Positions 35,026 to 46,328 of a DNA stretch of 53,634 nt are shown here, in pieces. The position numbers and the translations under genes are program-made. The stretch is taken from positions 1 to 53,634 of the forward strand of contig JAHBMJ010000218.1 of the NCBI GenBank assembly GCA_018398765.1, in the 5' to 3' direction. The DNA is from Chromera velia. Its lineage: Eukaryota. The number at the start of each line of letters is the position of its first letter. The first letter of the stretch is position 1. Below the pieces are notes generated by a model. The model was given only the letters and a program-made list of their open reading frames with translations. It had not been told where the DNA came from and searched no databases.

Positions 35026-36978
35026 GCGGAGGCGTTGGGGGGCAGAGAGAGAGAGAAAATGAAGGGCTGATAGAAGAGGGGGGGAGTCAGTTAGAGGGGA
35101 GGGAGGGCGGGAGGTTCGAGAAGGGACGAAGCAGCGGACAGTTGAATGAAGAGAGAACGGACAGAGCGAGAGAGAATGAAGACAGACGTCTGTGATCGCC
35201 TTCCTTCCTTCCCTCAATCTGTCCTTCCCGATGGGGAGGCTTGGGGGGTGGAGGTTTCTTCTCTTCTCCTCTCAGTTCATTTTGTTCAGCCAACCAAAGT
35301 GGCATTCGGTCTTCTTCCGTGTCTCTAAGGCTGTCTGTCGATGCTCTTTTTGATGTCTTCTCGCTCTTCTTCCACCTCGGCCTGTTGCTGACGATGACCC
35401 TGTACCCACGCTGAGCTTTTGGTTTGTATGACAGGGAAGGAAAGAATGAAAAGAGAAAGAGAGGCCACCAAATCGAGTGTGCAGTCCGATCACGTGTCCC
35501 TCCCTGTCAGACAGGAGAGGCAGGGAGGGAGGATGTCTGGCCCTCCCTCTTCTCCCCACTGCTCTCTCTTCGCTTTCTTTGCTGTCCTGAGGATGATTTG
35601 TTCTCTCTCAATCAATCCCCTTCTCCGCCTCTCTCTTCTGTGCTCCATCCTTCGCAGTGCCCTTGAATGAACGCCCCTGTTGTTTTCCGACAGACAAGAA
35701 GATGGACAATTTACCTGCTTGTTTGCAACTGGCATAAGAGGCAGAAGAGGAGGGAGAGAGAGCTTCTGTTTGTTTCTTTTTGAGGGGGATTGGAGCAGTC
35801 TCTCTCTCTCCTGTTTTTTTCTCATTCGATCGGTTGTCTGTCTGTTTGGTTGGAGGCGATTCGCCCCCTCTCTTTTGTTCTCTCTCTTCTCTCCCCCTCC
35901 CAGCCCCCCTCCCTCTCTCTCCGTCTCTCTTTCTTTCTCTTGCTCTACATTGTATGTGAGTGAAACTCGTCCAAGAGGGCGAGCAAGTGTACATACTTTG
36001 CATCTGTGCGTGAGTGCCTGCGTGCGTGTGTGTCTCTCTAAGCCCCTTTTGTTCCATGTCTTCTCTTTCCCTTGAATGAATTAGCTGCCTGCGTTGCCGT
36101 GGCGTGAATCAATGTGCATGAATCAATAACATAACATGCATGCTTCTCTCGATTTAGCTGTTGGGTTCGGTGTCGATCGACTTGGGAGTTTGGGGGGGTA
36201 TCGATCTATTTGCATGGTACCTGCATGGGGTGTGAGGGCACGCTCCGGGTTTGGGGGTGGGCAAATTGAGGGGGGGGGGAAGGGGGGGGCTGGTTTCTAT
36301 AGTAAGCTAACTAGGACATTGTCCATTGGCCCAGGCATCTTGCGCATGGATTTTTCATTCTCGATCTGAGTCCGCTTGCCAGCCCGCCGATTTTTGCGTG
36401 AAAACAACCCAATTCGATCCTATGTAGTGGTGGCATGTGCACTAGCATGTGCATGACGTAAACAGCATAAACTAAAAAACGTTATAACATTGATAACAAA
36501 CCTATAGTAGCTAATCTCACAATGATTTACCATTTTTCAAGCGGTTTTTGGTAAGTTGACTTTTTGACTTACCACTAGACTTACTAGTAGACTTACCGTT
36601 TGAAGGTCCGTTTTTGATAACCGCCGTATTAGTAACCGGATATTTTGTTTAGTAGTGCTGAAAAAAAAAGTATCACAGCCTAGATTCACCGGCTTTTAAA
36701 TTAAGTTAATGTTTCTAATAGTGTTTAATAATTGTTTCTAGGGGCTTTAAGCCCGCTTTGTATAAGTTACACAGTACAACAATTTCCGTTTTTATACATT
36801 CCGTCTATATTTCTTGAAATCCACCAACGAGTACCGACGAGACTTTTTTTAAAACTTTTTTTAAGTTTTTTAAAATGGTAAATTAATTTTTCCAGTGATT
36901 TTTTTAAAAGGTATAAGTGCTGTAACCAGACTTTTTCACCGGACATTCAGACACATTCCACTGGACCTAGCACTGGAC

Positions 36979-38229
36979 CTAGGCGTAGTGACCATGTTTG
37001 ATTTGATTTGATTTGATTTGAGGTAGGGCTTAAGCTCAAATCAAATATCCAGTCAGGGAGGACCTAGTGTTTAAAGACCTATCAAATACGATCAAATATT
37101 TGATCAATATGACTTTCAACCTCAAATATGAAGGTCCCGAAAAATTTTTTGCAAGTACCGATCCGTTACGCATGCTGATTCAAATGAAAAAACCTAAATC
37201 TTGATGGTTTGTTCTCAAAAAAAAAAACGGTTTAAGCTGCACTGAAAATGACGTTTCACCCCCTTTTACTTCATGCAGAGGTAAACCGATCAGCTGAATG
37301 TTTTCTTGAACAGCTGTGTTGACTTTTCTGGTGCTGGAACATCTTTTACGGCCCCCTTTTTGAGCGTTTGCAAACATTTTACACCCCGTAAAGACATGTC
37401 ACACAATCTGACAGCAACAACAGCAATAGCAATAGCAAACGTGTGCGCGGTTCTCCGTCTCACCCCGTTGTCATCTCTCCGCAACCGAATAGAAGCCTAG
37501 GAGCACCCACTCCTAGAAAGCTGAAAAGCCAGAGAAAAAGCTCTCAGCAGCTCCCACCACCGATCGATTTGATTCACATTGAAGAAAGTGATCATGAAAA
37601 AGAGGAAAAGGAAGTGCCATAAAGCTGAGTGATTGTCACCTCAATTTTGGTACGTACTCTAACTTTATCGTATCAACAAAAAGTCATATACAATTTCAAA
37701 TCTATCAATTTTACGTTCTTAATCTCTATTAGTACTAGAGTGAGTCTCAGTGACTAGTGTATATACACTGCCACACAGGTATATTTTTTTTACGGAACTG
37801 ATAAGTTATAATTTTATATATATTTTTTTAAATTTTTGAAACACACATCAGAAATGTTCTGATAACTATTGTCATGAGAAAAATGATCAGAGTGACAGTG
37901 AATCAGTGACTCAGTAAGGAACCCTAAGAGGTTAACCTCAAATCTTACCTCAAATATCAAATATTTGAGGTTGAAGCTCAAATCAAATCAAATCAAATCA
38001 AATATAATCAAATCAAACATGGTCACTAGACATATCGAGATTTTTTTTTTCTTTTCTTTTTGTTTGGTAGTCAAAAATCCAAGCAAACTTAGCAAAGACA
38101 GGTTTTGTGGTTAGATATGTTTTTATTATATGTTTGGCACTTCCAATAAAAAAATATATAAAAAAATAAAAAAGATTAGGCTTCTCAAGATTTTTTTTTT
38201 CTTTTTTTTTATCACTGTGCGTCGCCTAG
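36979..38229. mobile_element. Second MITE family A copy, interrupted by a family B element
   Basis: Right end ATCACTGTGCGTCGCCTAG (38211-38229) matches the 8255-8690 element. The left end is reduced to CTAGGCG (36979-36985). Flanks CACTGGAC and CACTGAAT match at 6/8. Confidence 0.7.
36986..38028. mobile_element. Non-autonomous hAT-like TIR element (family B), 1043 bp
   Basis: Perfect 23-bp TIR TAGTGACCATGTTTGATTTGATT at both ends, with subterminal (TTTGA)n/(TCAAA)n arrays. No TSD is visible and there is no transposase ORF. Confidence 0.88.
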
Positions 38230-38300
38230 CACTGAATATTCTTTATGAAATGAATTTAATACAATTTTTAGTATGTGGTTCACTTCACAAAACTTCATAT

Positions 38301-38410
38301 ATGATGATGATGATGATGATAGAAGACTTAACCCCTAGCCTCTGTTGGGCTCGGGTGGTCCGTTCATCCATGCATTCATGCATAGGGTGTTTGATCGATC
38401 GATTATTCTA

Positions 38411-38455
<45 letters not shown>
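38301..38455. repeat. Two (ATG/GAT)n tracts
   Basis: (ATG)6-7 at 38301-38320 and (GAT)15 at 38411-38455. Confidence 0.9.
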
Positions 38456-39709
38456 ATGTAGGGTTAAAGCCGGTGAGCCGTATAGACTCTGGCCAACTTA
38501 GAGCATCATATATAGAGTTAAACTTTCGACTTAGGCCCCACTGGGGGTAAATTGAATCGATGGGAGCCTGACAAGGGTGGGGAGGCGGATGGAAGTGGAG
38601 GGTGGCTCCACCTCTAAGCAAACAGGCTTTTGCTTCATCTAGTAGTTCTCTTACAGGCTGAGTTACAACACGCTCTCTATCCCACTCTTGAGACAATCGA
38701 GGATTGCCTGCATTTTGCCCGGAAGAGGGTCCCCATGACCGATCAAAGCACCAGAACAGCACTGGCACGCCCGAGCGGAGGGGGAAACGAGAAAGAAAGG
38801 GAAAAAACAAGTACCTCAGGGGGAATAAAAAGGACTGAGACGGACTCCTTTTCCCGCAAGGGTCACGGGCCAGTGAGATTCCTTCTGTCAGTTCGTGTCA
38901 GTTAGAGGTCTGTTAGATGACCTCTAAAGAAAATTACCTGAGGCGGAACGGAAGGAGACGGAGAGAGAAAAAGATCAGAACTCCCAATCTCCTTTGATTC
39001 CCTATCTTTTCTGCCGAAGACGTACAAGCAAAGGTTTCTCTCTCAGTTCAGTTCCTGCAGTTCGGTCGGTTCATCCCTGAGGCACGACTTGTTTTTCAGG
39101 GGAGTGAAATTGCGATATACGTAACATATGATTAGCTAGACAAACTAAGACAAACCTTGATCATAGGTCTTTTTGGCCTGTGCGGGCCGGCCAGGAAGGT
39201 CCGACGCGTGTATGCGCTTTTCCTGGACGCCGCACGTCGAGCGCTCGGCATTGGGGCAGGAGGCCAATCCTCCAGACATTAATCCTATTCTATCCTATCC
39301 TATCATATATATTTGATGTCATGTTTAATATTTATATATCAGTCGGACAATGGCCCCGGGTGATGATCGAGTTAAGGTTTGGACTCAAAGACGACTGACA
39401 AAAAATTCTTCGGATAACTATAACATGCATATCATTATACATGATGATGATAGGTAGTTTTCAAGGCATCGTTTGCTTTAGTTTGCTTTAAAGCGTCCTG
39501 GAACCTAGCATGGAACTGAAGGCCATACAAGGCATTTTAGAAGGCATGCATGTTTGAGTTGCCAGTGAGTCAGGCAACATTGCGAACCTGATCACTTTGG
39601 CAGGTTCCCAGGCGCAAGCGGGTGATAATTTGGAAGTGCTGAAACTGCCGGCATCTTGGGCTCTCGTTGCATCTGCATCCGGAGAATTACAAAATATGAA
39701 AGAAAAGAG

Positions 39710-41055
39710 TCAGATGGGGAAATTGAAAGAGACCCTTTTGCATTCAAAAGCAAAGTGGGCTAACTTGACGTTCAGAAGTGACTGACGGCCAGTAGAAGAA
39801 AGAATCGACGTTGAGCACGAAGAGGAGACGAAGATTGCTGTTTCACTGCCTGCCTGCCTGCCTGCCCGTCTGCCTCTCTTCTTGTCTGATTGACTGACTG
39901 ACTGACTGACTGACTGACAGAAAAAATTCCGAAGCGTCTCTTCAGATGGATGCGCCTCCACCTCACGGCCCGACGACGGGCCCAATCCTGCCACCAGAAG
40001 AGGACGAAGAAGAGAGGAAGTAAGGAGGGAACGGAAAAAAGAAGAGGTTGGACAGCGGAAGAGATGGACATGGACAAGCACTGTCGAGAATTCAAGCGCG
40101 AAGAGAAGAGAAGACACGAGAAAAAGGTGAAAGGGAGAATGCATCAGGACATTTGTTTACACATTACTATGCATATACGTATACATATACAGAAGAGGCG
40201 CGACAGTGCTGCAAGCCAGAAGGAACAAAAAGAGCGAGGGGACTGAGAGAGAGCCTGGCTGACTCACGAAAGCGTAGATCTTTTTCCGTCTGGCTCCTTC
40301 CGCGCGAACAAGTCTGAGAAGACACAAGAGGAACGAAGGAAGGCAAGATTGAATGAAGGAATGAAGCAAACCAAAATAGAACGAAGGCAAAGTGAAGCAA
40401 AAACAGGAGAAACGAAGCCAGGAAGTGAAGAACGACGGGAAAAGAAAGAAGACGGAAGAAGAAAGGCAGGCAATCGGGGAACGTGCCACAAAGCGGGAGG
40501 GAACAGCAATACGTTAAAAAAAATCAGAGGGGACCTCCACCGACAGACGCTCACTCTCATTCTGCCGATCGTAGCTCTTCACATAGAATCGGTGAAAAAC
40601 AAAAAAAGAAAATTGTCATCTTCGGCCAATCGAACGAAACCGTGGTTGCAACAACCAATACCGGAACAACAACAAAGGAGGGAACAAAAGGACAGCCGTA
40701 GACTTCCACGCCAGCCGGCATGCAGTCCTTCCTTCAGCCCGACTCTTCACGCCAAGCTCTTCAGATACAGCGTCGGAGGTTTTGCAGAAATCCGTATTTG
40801 GGGACAAGACATCAAGAGTTTTCCTTTGTTCGAGCCTGCTTCCACCCCTCCCCTTTCTCTCTCTCTTTATCCTTCTTCTTTCTGACTGACTTCATTCGAG
40901 ATTGGTAGACGGGATAGGGTCCTTTCTGGATGTAGGGGGGCAGTCCCGCAGCCACGCGGCTCCTCATGTAGTTCCACTTCAGCTGACGGAGACGGTCTCG
41001 GACTTTGAACTCCATCGTGCGGACACCTGCACGCACACATGCACGCTCTCATATT

Positions 41056-41101
<46 letters not shown>

Positions 41102-41116
41102 ACACCCTCTCATATT

Positions 41117-41151
<35 letters not shown>

Positions 41152-43638
41152 CAGACAGAGGACCATCAAATACTGTCCACACACACACAAACAGACACAC
41201 CACCACTTGACCGTCCAGCTCTGATCATCCTTCTATTCTCTATAGGTTCAACCCCACCACACCGACCTGACAATGCAGCCACACAACCACCATTCAGACA
41301 TTCACCCTCAGACAGGGAACCATTCAGAATGATAACCATTCAGACAAGCCCGTAGTAACTCGTTATCACCCTCAGTCAATTCACTTCGCCAAACAGAACC
41401 AAGAAGACGAGACACAAACAAAAGCTCGCCTTCCGCCCGGAAGACATGCAGAGACGGAGTTGACCCGACGAACAGAAAAGGTGATATGAAAAAACAAACA
41501 ACCGGCAGACAAATCCGCACGCATCGACCCGGGATCTCAAAAAGTCTCCTCACACCAACAACAAAAACCACAAAATAAATGCCTCCGTGGAGAAAACGGC
41601 TCGATCGCAAAGACGGCCGACCCTTGCATGACGATCACCCCATTAGTCGCGTTTTGAAGTCGGCCAGAAACAGGAAAGAGAACAGAAAATCCCGATCGAT
41701 CCTCAAAAGAAAATGTAACCAACCCCAGTCTTCCTCTCTGCCTGCCTGCCTTTCTGCCTGCCTGCCTGCCTGCCTGCTTGTCTAACTGACCAGGTTTGTG
41801 TACATGAGTTGTCCTCGAGTGTTTATGCCTCACGTTGTAGTGCCACCGGTATCTGCAGGGACAAAAACACACACAAAACAGTTCGTTCAAAGAGACTCAC
41901 TCGAGTTCGACCTCTCTCCCTCTCACTGGCTCCTCCATCCACTTTCCCCCAGCACATACGCGCGTGGCGATCCCAGAAGTAAAACAAAAAATGAATGAAG
42001 GACCGAAAGATAAAAGCGGACAAAAGCACGAGCACACACACTCATTCAGCCCCCCCCCTCCCACCTATAGTCCCTAGTGATGGGTTTCATGTGAGGTCTC
42101 TGGGGGTTCTGGAGGGCCCTGACGACTTTCACGTCCAGAATGCGGGGGGAGTACCTGAGAAAGTCAGCACAGAGTCGGCAAGAAACATTCTCTGAGAAAT
42201 GATATAGCATCAGACACCACATCAACTATACTAGATGAGAATGCCTGCGCGCGCTCCCATCCCCTCAGCCACAAGCCCGCACAGAGGTGGGAGACATCCA
42301 CACAGGGACACAAGCGAAAGCGACAGGCAGGCAGGCAGGCAGATGGACAAAGGAACAGACCGGGGGGGGGGCACGCCTGCATGGGCCTGCTTGCTTCATT
42401 CATTTTCCTTTTCCTCTTCCCCTCAGTCAGGCCATACAAATCGAATCAAACCCACTTACTTGGGAAAGAGCTGTTCGATGCCCACCCCATCGTACGCGTT
42501 TTTAAGGACGAAGGAGGAGCAGATGCGCTTCTTTCGGATCTGGATGCAGTACCCTGGAGGGACATTTTTTTGGGGGGGGGGGGGCTGCGTGGATGCTGTG
42601 CAAACACAATAGAAGCACACATTTTAATTGTTAGACAATCTCAAAACCTGTGCTTGTACACGGAGAACGAAGATGCGCAGGTCGTCTGTCAGCACTGTTT
42701 CTAAGAACCCAGGACGATATTTCTTTGTTCAAAAAAGAGCCTGAGGACAACCGTGAAGGGTTAGAGAATAAGAGGACTCGAGCGGACAGACGGGCACGCG
42801 GGCAGGCAGGCAGACACCGTTTTGCTTTTTTATTCACCCACCTTGGAAGACTGCAAATGTCTGCTTGGTCCGAGTGAGCTCGTACCTGACTTCCACGAGG
42901 TCTCCTGGGTTGATTTTGGGCATCTGTGAAGGAGGGCCGGGGGAGGTTCGTTGAGGGATGGATTGAGAAATAAATTTAGAAAAATAAGAATGAATGACAT
43001 TGGGACTGTTCTGGGATTGAGACCTTCTGAAGAGAGCAGCCATTCAAAACCATTCCTCTGCGTACGCTTTCATGCTTCTAGAAAGCCGTGGGCTTCTTTC
43101 GTCTCTCTGCAGGTGCACAGAGGGGGGATGAGTGCATGCGTAAACACGCGTATGTAAGTAGGAGTGCCTGTCAGACCTGGAAGGGTCTGGCTTTCCTCAT
43201 GCGGTCCATCTCGAGCAGCTGCAGGTGGTGCATCAGCTCTCTGCATCTCTCCTGGGTCAGTTGCTCTCCCACCAAGTGAAGGGGAGGCCAGTTCTTGGCA
43301 GTCACTGGGTTGTCCATGTTGTACCACTTTTCCCGGGCGGGGGACTGGATAAGCCGCTGTCGAAGGTGCCTTCGCGTCTCCTGCAAAACAAAGAAAGTAA
43401 GACAGCACCGAAGAGGGGCGGGGACGAAAATAGAGAGACACGATGTTTGCGCCAATGGACAATGGCAAAGTGCCAACCGTCTACGCACGCAACCCACCTT
43501 TAAGGCTGGACTCTGCAATGAGCAGGAGGAGACGGCTGAGTTGAAGGAAGGAGGAGACAACATGGACGTGGACGGAAGAGGAGACACGGCCGACGTACAC
43601 ACCCCTTGAGGGCGTCTCCTCAGCACTGCACTCTTCAT
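39710..43638 (-). CDS. MRPL19: Mitochondrial ribosomal protein bL19m, multi-exon
   Basis: L19 core split across exons: MPKINPGDLVEVRY..FAVFQG (~42924-42841), YCIQIRKKRICSSFVLKNAYDGVGIEQLFP (~42553-42461) and YSPRILDVKVV (~42153-42120). The N-terminus from ATG 43638 is Arg/Ser-rich like a presequence. The 3' end is uncertain. Confidence 0.8.
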
Positions 43639-44290
43639 GGCTGGCTCAGGGCTCTTCGCGCGTTCATCTGCCTGGATGGGAGAGCAGAACCGAGCATATG
43701 TTTTAAGGCGTCTCCTCTGATGAGATACGTACGTACGCACACAAAAAGTTGGAACTCGAGGCTTGAGTTGACCGAACGGTTAAGGACAGCCTGGAACGCA
43801 CTTGAATTTCTTCGTGCTTTCTTCGAAGCTCTTTGCCAAGGACTGTGTGGGCAGTGAGCGGCTTTCTTACAGTAGAGTGACGACGAGTTTTGCACAATTA
43901 ATTATTAATATATAAGTGCATGCAGTGATGTGCAGTGATTGTGCAGTGTATTGCAGGCGCGTCCATTGGCGCGGAATGGCTCTCAGGAATGATGCATGCG
44001 AGTCTTTGTCAGAGTGATTCTCTTCTTGTGACTTATAAACACGGACTTTCTCTTCCCTCGATCATCCATGCATCTCTCGCTTCTCAGAGCTGGCAACTCC
44101 TTCCTTCACAGGCCGGTCATCAGCTTCAAGAGGCGCTTTCACGAAGACGTCTGCATGCAGATTCTTTCTGACAGCCACGCATCAGTCTGAACACTTTTAG
44201 TTCGACTCTCCTTTACTCCCACTCACACCCACAAAGCGGGACTTCGCACGTCAGTAGGCCCGTCTACTCAAGCACTCTGTCCCCCAACCA
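43639..44290. promoter_or_regulatory. Putative bidirectional promoter
   Basis: 652-bp spacer between divergent ATGs, with TGCATGCA at 43917 and 44152 and TGCATGCG at 43993. Confidence 0.5.
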
Positions 44291-45289
44291 ATGTCCACAT
44301 CCGCTTCCCCAAACATGGAAACCGAAGAAGCCAAGCCCCTTGAGGTGTCGGGGTCGAACAAGCACATCTTCACCTACGACCTCAGCATGGACCCAGAAGA
44401 CTTCCGAGGGACATACGGCGTCAAGCCTGTGCGTTCCTTCCCCGCGTACATCAAGGGCTTCACAGTTGCCTTCACTCGTAAAGGCTTCGCTTACGCAGAC
44501 CCCGTCCATGCCAATCTGATCCAGTGCTCTGACGTGGCGATGAGCAAAAACCTCTCTGAGAGCATCAAGGACACCAAAGGAGTGGTGCACGGCATTGTGC
44601 ATGAGGTGTCTAAGGACGACATGCAGAGGGTCATCGCGAGGGGAACAGAGACTCATTTCTGTGCCTTCGTGGCATGTAGAGCTGTCACGTACAAGAACGA
44701 AGGTCTGTATGCAGTCACGATGGTTGGGCACAAGCGGTCGGGGTCTGTGTTCGACTGGAAGGAGAACATCGGCAGGAAGGGGCGGGTGCAGAACCCCGTG
44801 CCCTCTTCCTGGTACATCGAGCGTCTGTCTGGTATTGCAGAGAAGGCAGACTTGGATAAGGAATACATCTGTTTGATGAGAAAGTGCCTGACATTTGAGT
44901 CCTCCGACTCTCAACGTAAATGGGCAGAGAGGTGGGTGAGTTTCCGAAAAGGTTGCGGTCGGTGGGGGTTGGCCCCTCTGGTTGTTTGGGTGAATGACGT
45001 TGCTTGGTTGTTCTCTGAAAACTATGGTCTGTTCACCGTGCTGTGTTGCTTCTTTGCGTTTATCATTATCGCATCGATAGTAATCATCCAGTTCCAAAAA
45101 GGGTACAGGGCGTACAGACTGGGGGCTTCAGTCGACTCGTCTGCTTCTTTCGAATCTGATCCCATGGGGGGGGCGTCTGGGGGCATGGATTTGGGCTTCG
45201 GTCCCACAGAGAAGATCCCTCTGGATGTGGGGGGAGAGGGAGAACCCCCGAGAGTTGTGGAATTGGGGGCACATGAGGGCGAACTTTGA
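44291..45289 (+). CDS. Gamma-glutamylcyclotransferase (GGCT/AIG2-like) fold protein with a C-terminal transmembrane helix, intronless, 332 aa
   Basis: HIFTYDLSM resembles YFAYGSNM. AYIKGFTVAF, ANL, VVHGIVHEVS and PSSWYIERL..AEKADLDKEY follow GGCT motif order. Hydrophobic helix LFTVLCCFFAFIIIASIVII. Confidence 0.7.
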   Translation: MSTSASPNMETEEAKPLEVSGSNKHIFTYDLSMDPEDFRGTYGVKPVRSFPAYIKGFTVAFTRKGFAYADPVHANLIQCSDVAMSKNLSESIKDTKGVVHGIVHEVSKDDMQRVIARGTETHFCAFVACRAVTYKNEGLYAVTMVGHKRSGSVFDWKENIGRKGRVQNPVPSSWYIERLSGIAEKADLDKEYICLMRKCLTFESSDSQRKWAERWVSFRKGCGRWGLAPLVVWVNDVAWLFSENYGLFTVLCCFFAFIIIASIVIIQFQKGYRAYRLGASVDSSASFESDPMGGASGGMDLGFGPTEKIPLDVGGEGEPPRVVELGAHEGEL

Positions 45290-45737
45290 GATGAACAGGG
45301 GATGGAGGACTTAATTCAAATAGACATGCAAAAAGGGAAAGGGGGGGCTTTTGGGTTTTGTGGATCTTTGGAGGGAATGTAGACATGAACAAACAAATGT
45401 GCAAGTTGACGGAAGACAAGGTCCGATCGATCGATGGCATTCCTGTCATGAGTCCTTGAAAGTGGAGGCAACAACAGTCAAGGAAAAATGAATACTTGTG
45501 GATCTTTAATGCAGCTAAATGATTGTTCTCTCTGGGACTTCTTTTCCGTTTTGTCCCTCCGCTTGCCCTCTTGCCCGTCCGTCTGTCAGCTCGTCCGTTA
45601 GTCCTTCTGCTTCAGCCTGCCTGTCTGGCTGCCTGCCCCCCCCGCCTGCCTCCCTGCTTACCCTCCGTGTGTCTTTCTGCCTGTCCGGGGTGAAGAGGCC
45701 ACCGTGTGCGTGCCAAAGGAAGAAACACAAAGAAAAA

Positions 45738-45742
45738 GGAAA

Positions 45743-45778
<36 letters not shown>

Positions 45779-45894
45779 AGGAAGGAAGGAAGGAAGGAAG
45801 GAAAGAAAGAAAGAAAGAAAAGAAATGCAAGAAATAAAAGAAAGAAGGAAAGAAAGAAGGAAAAAAAGAAAAAAAGACAGAAAAAAAGAAAAAA

Positions 45895-45941
<47 letters not shown>

Positions 45942-45945
45942 GCAA
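45738..45945. repeat. (GAAA)n/(GGAA)n polypurine tract
   Basis: Direct tandem repeats visible in the sequence. Confidence 0.9.
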
Positions 45946-46235
45946 GGAAGAGGTAAAGAAAGAACGAATAAAAGAAAGAGAGAATGAAACCTGTGGCGAG
46001 GTGCATAATCAAAACGGCGCTTTGCTCAAAACCTCTCGGGCCCCCACCCCACGTCGTCTGAAGGACGGTGTATTTCCTTTGTCTGCCTGTCTGTCTTTCT
46101 ATCTGTCTGTCTGTCTGGGAGAAGAAGAAACATATAGTCTGCCTGACAATGTCTATCTGTCTGTTTTTCTTTACAGCTCTCTCTTTTCCTGTTTTTATAT
46201 AATAGACTTTCATTTTCCAGGAATTTCTCCTAGTA

Positions 46236-46275
<40 letters not shown>

Positions 46276-46328
46276 TTTCTTCCTTATACGTTCTTTCTTT
46301 GTTCTTTTTGTTCGTTTCTATATAGGTT

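Noticed and set aside
38403..38810. ORF ending in poly-His
   Set aside because: The His run is the (ATC)n tract and the rest has no recognisable domain.
41280..41350. ACCATTCAGA repeated three times with spacers, superficially CRISPR-like
   Set aside because: The repeat is only 10 bp, irregularly spaced, intronic and has no cas genes nearby.
44264..45097. 277-aa ORF antisense to the GGCT-like gene
   Set aside because: Typical antisense shadow of a GC3-rich coding sequence, with no motifs.
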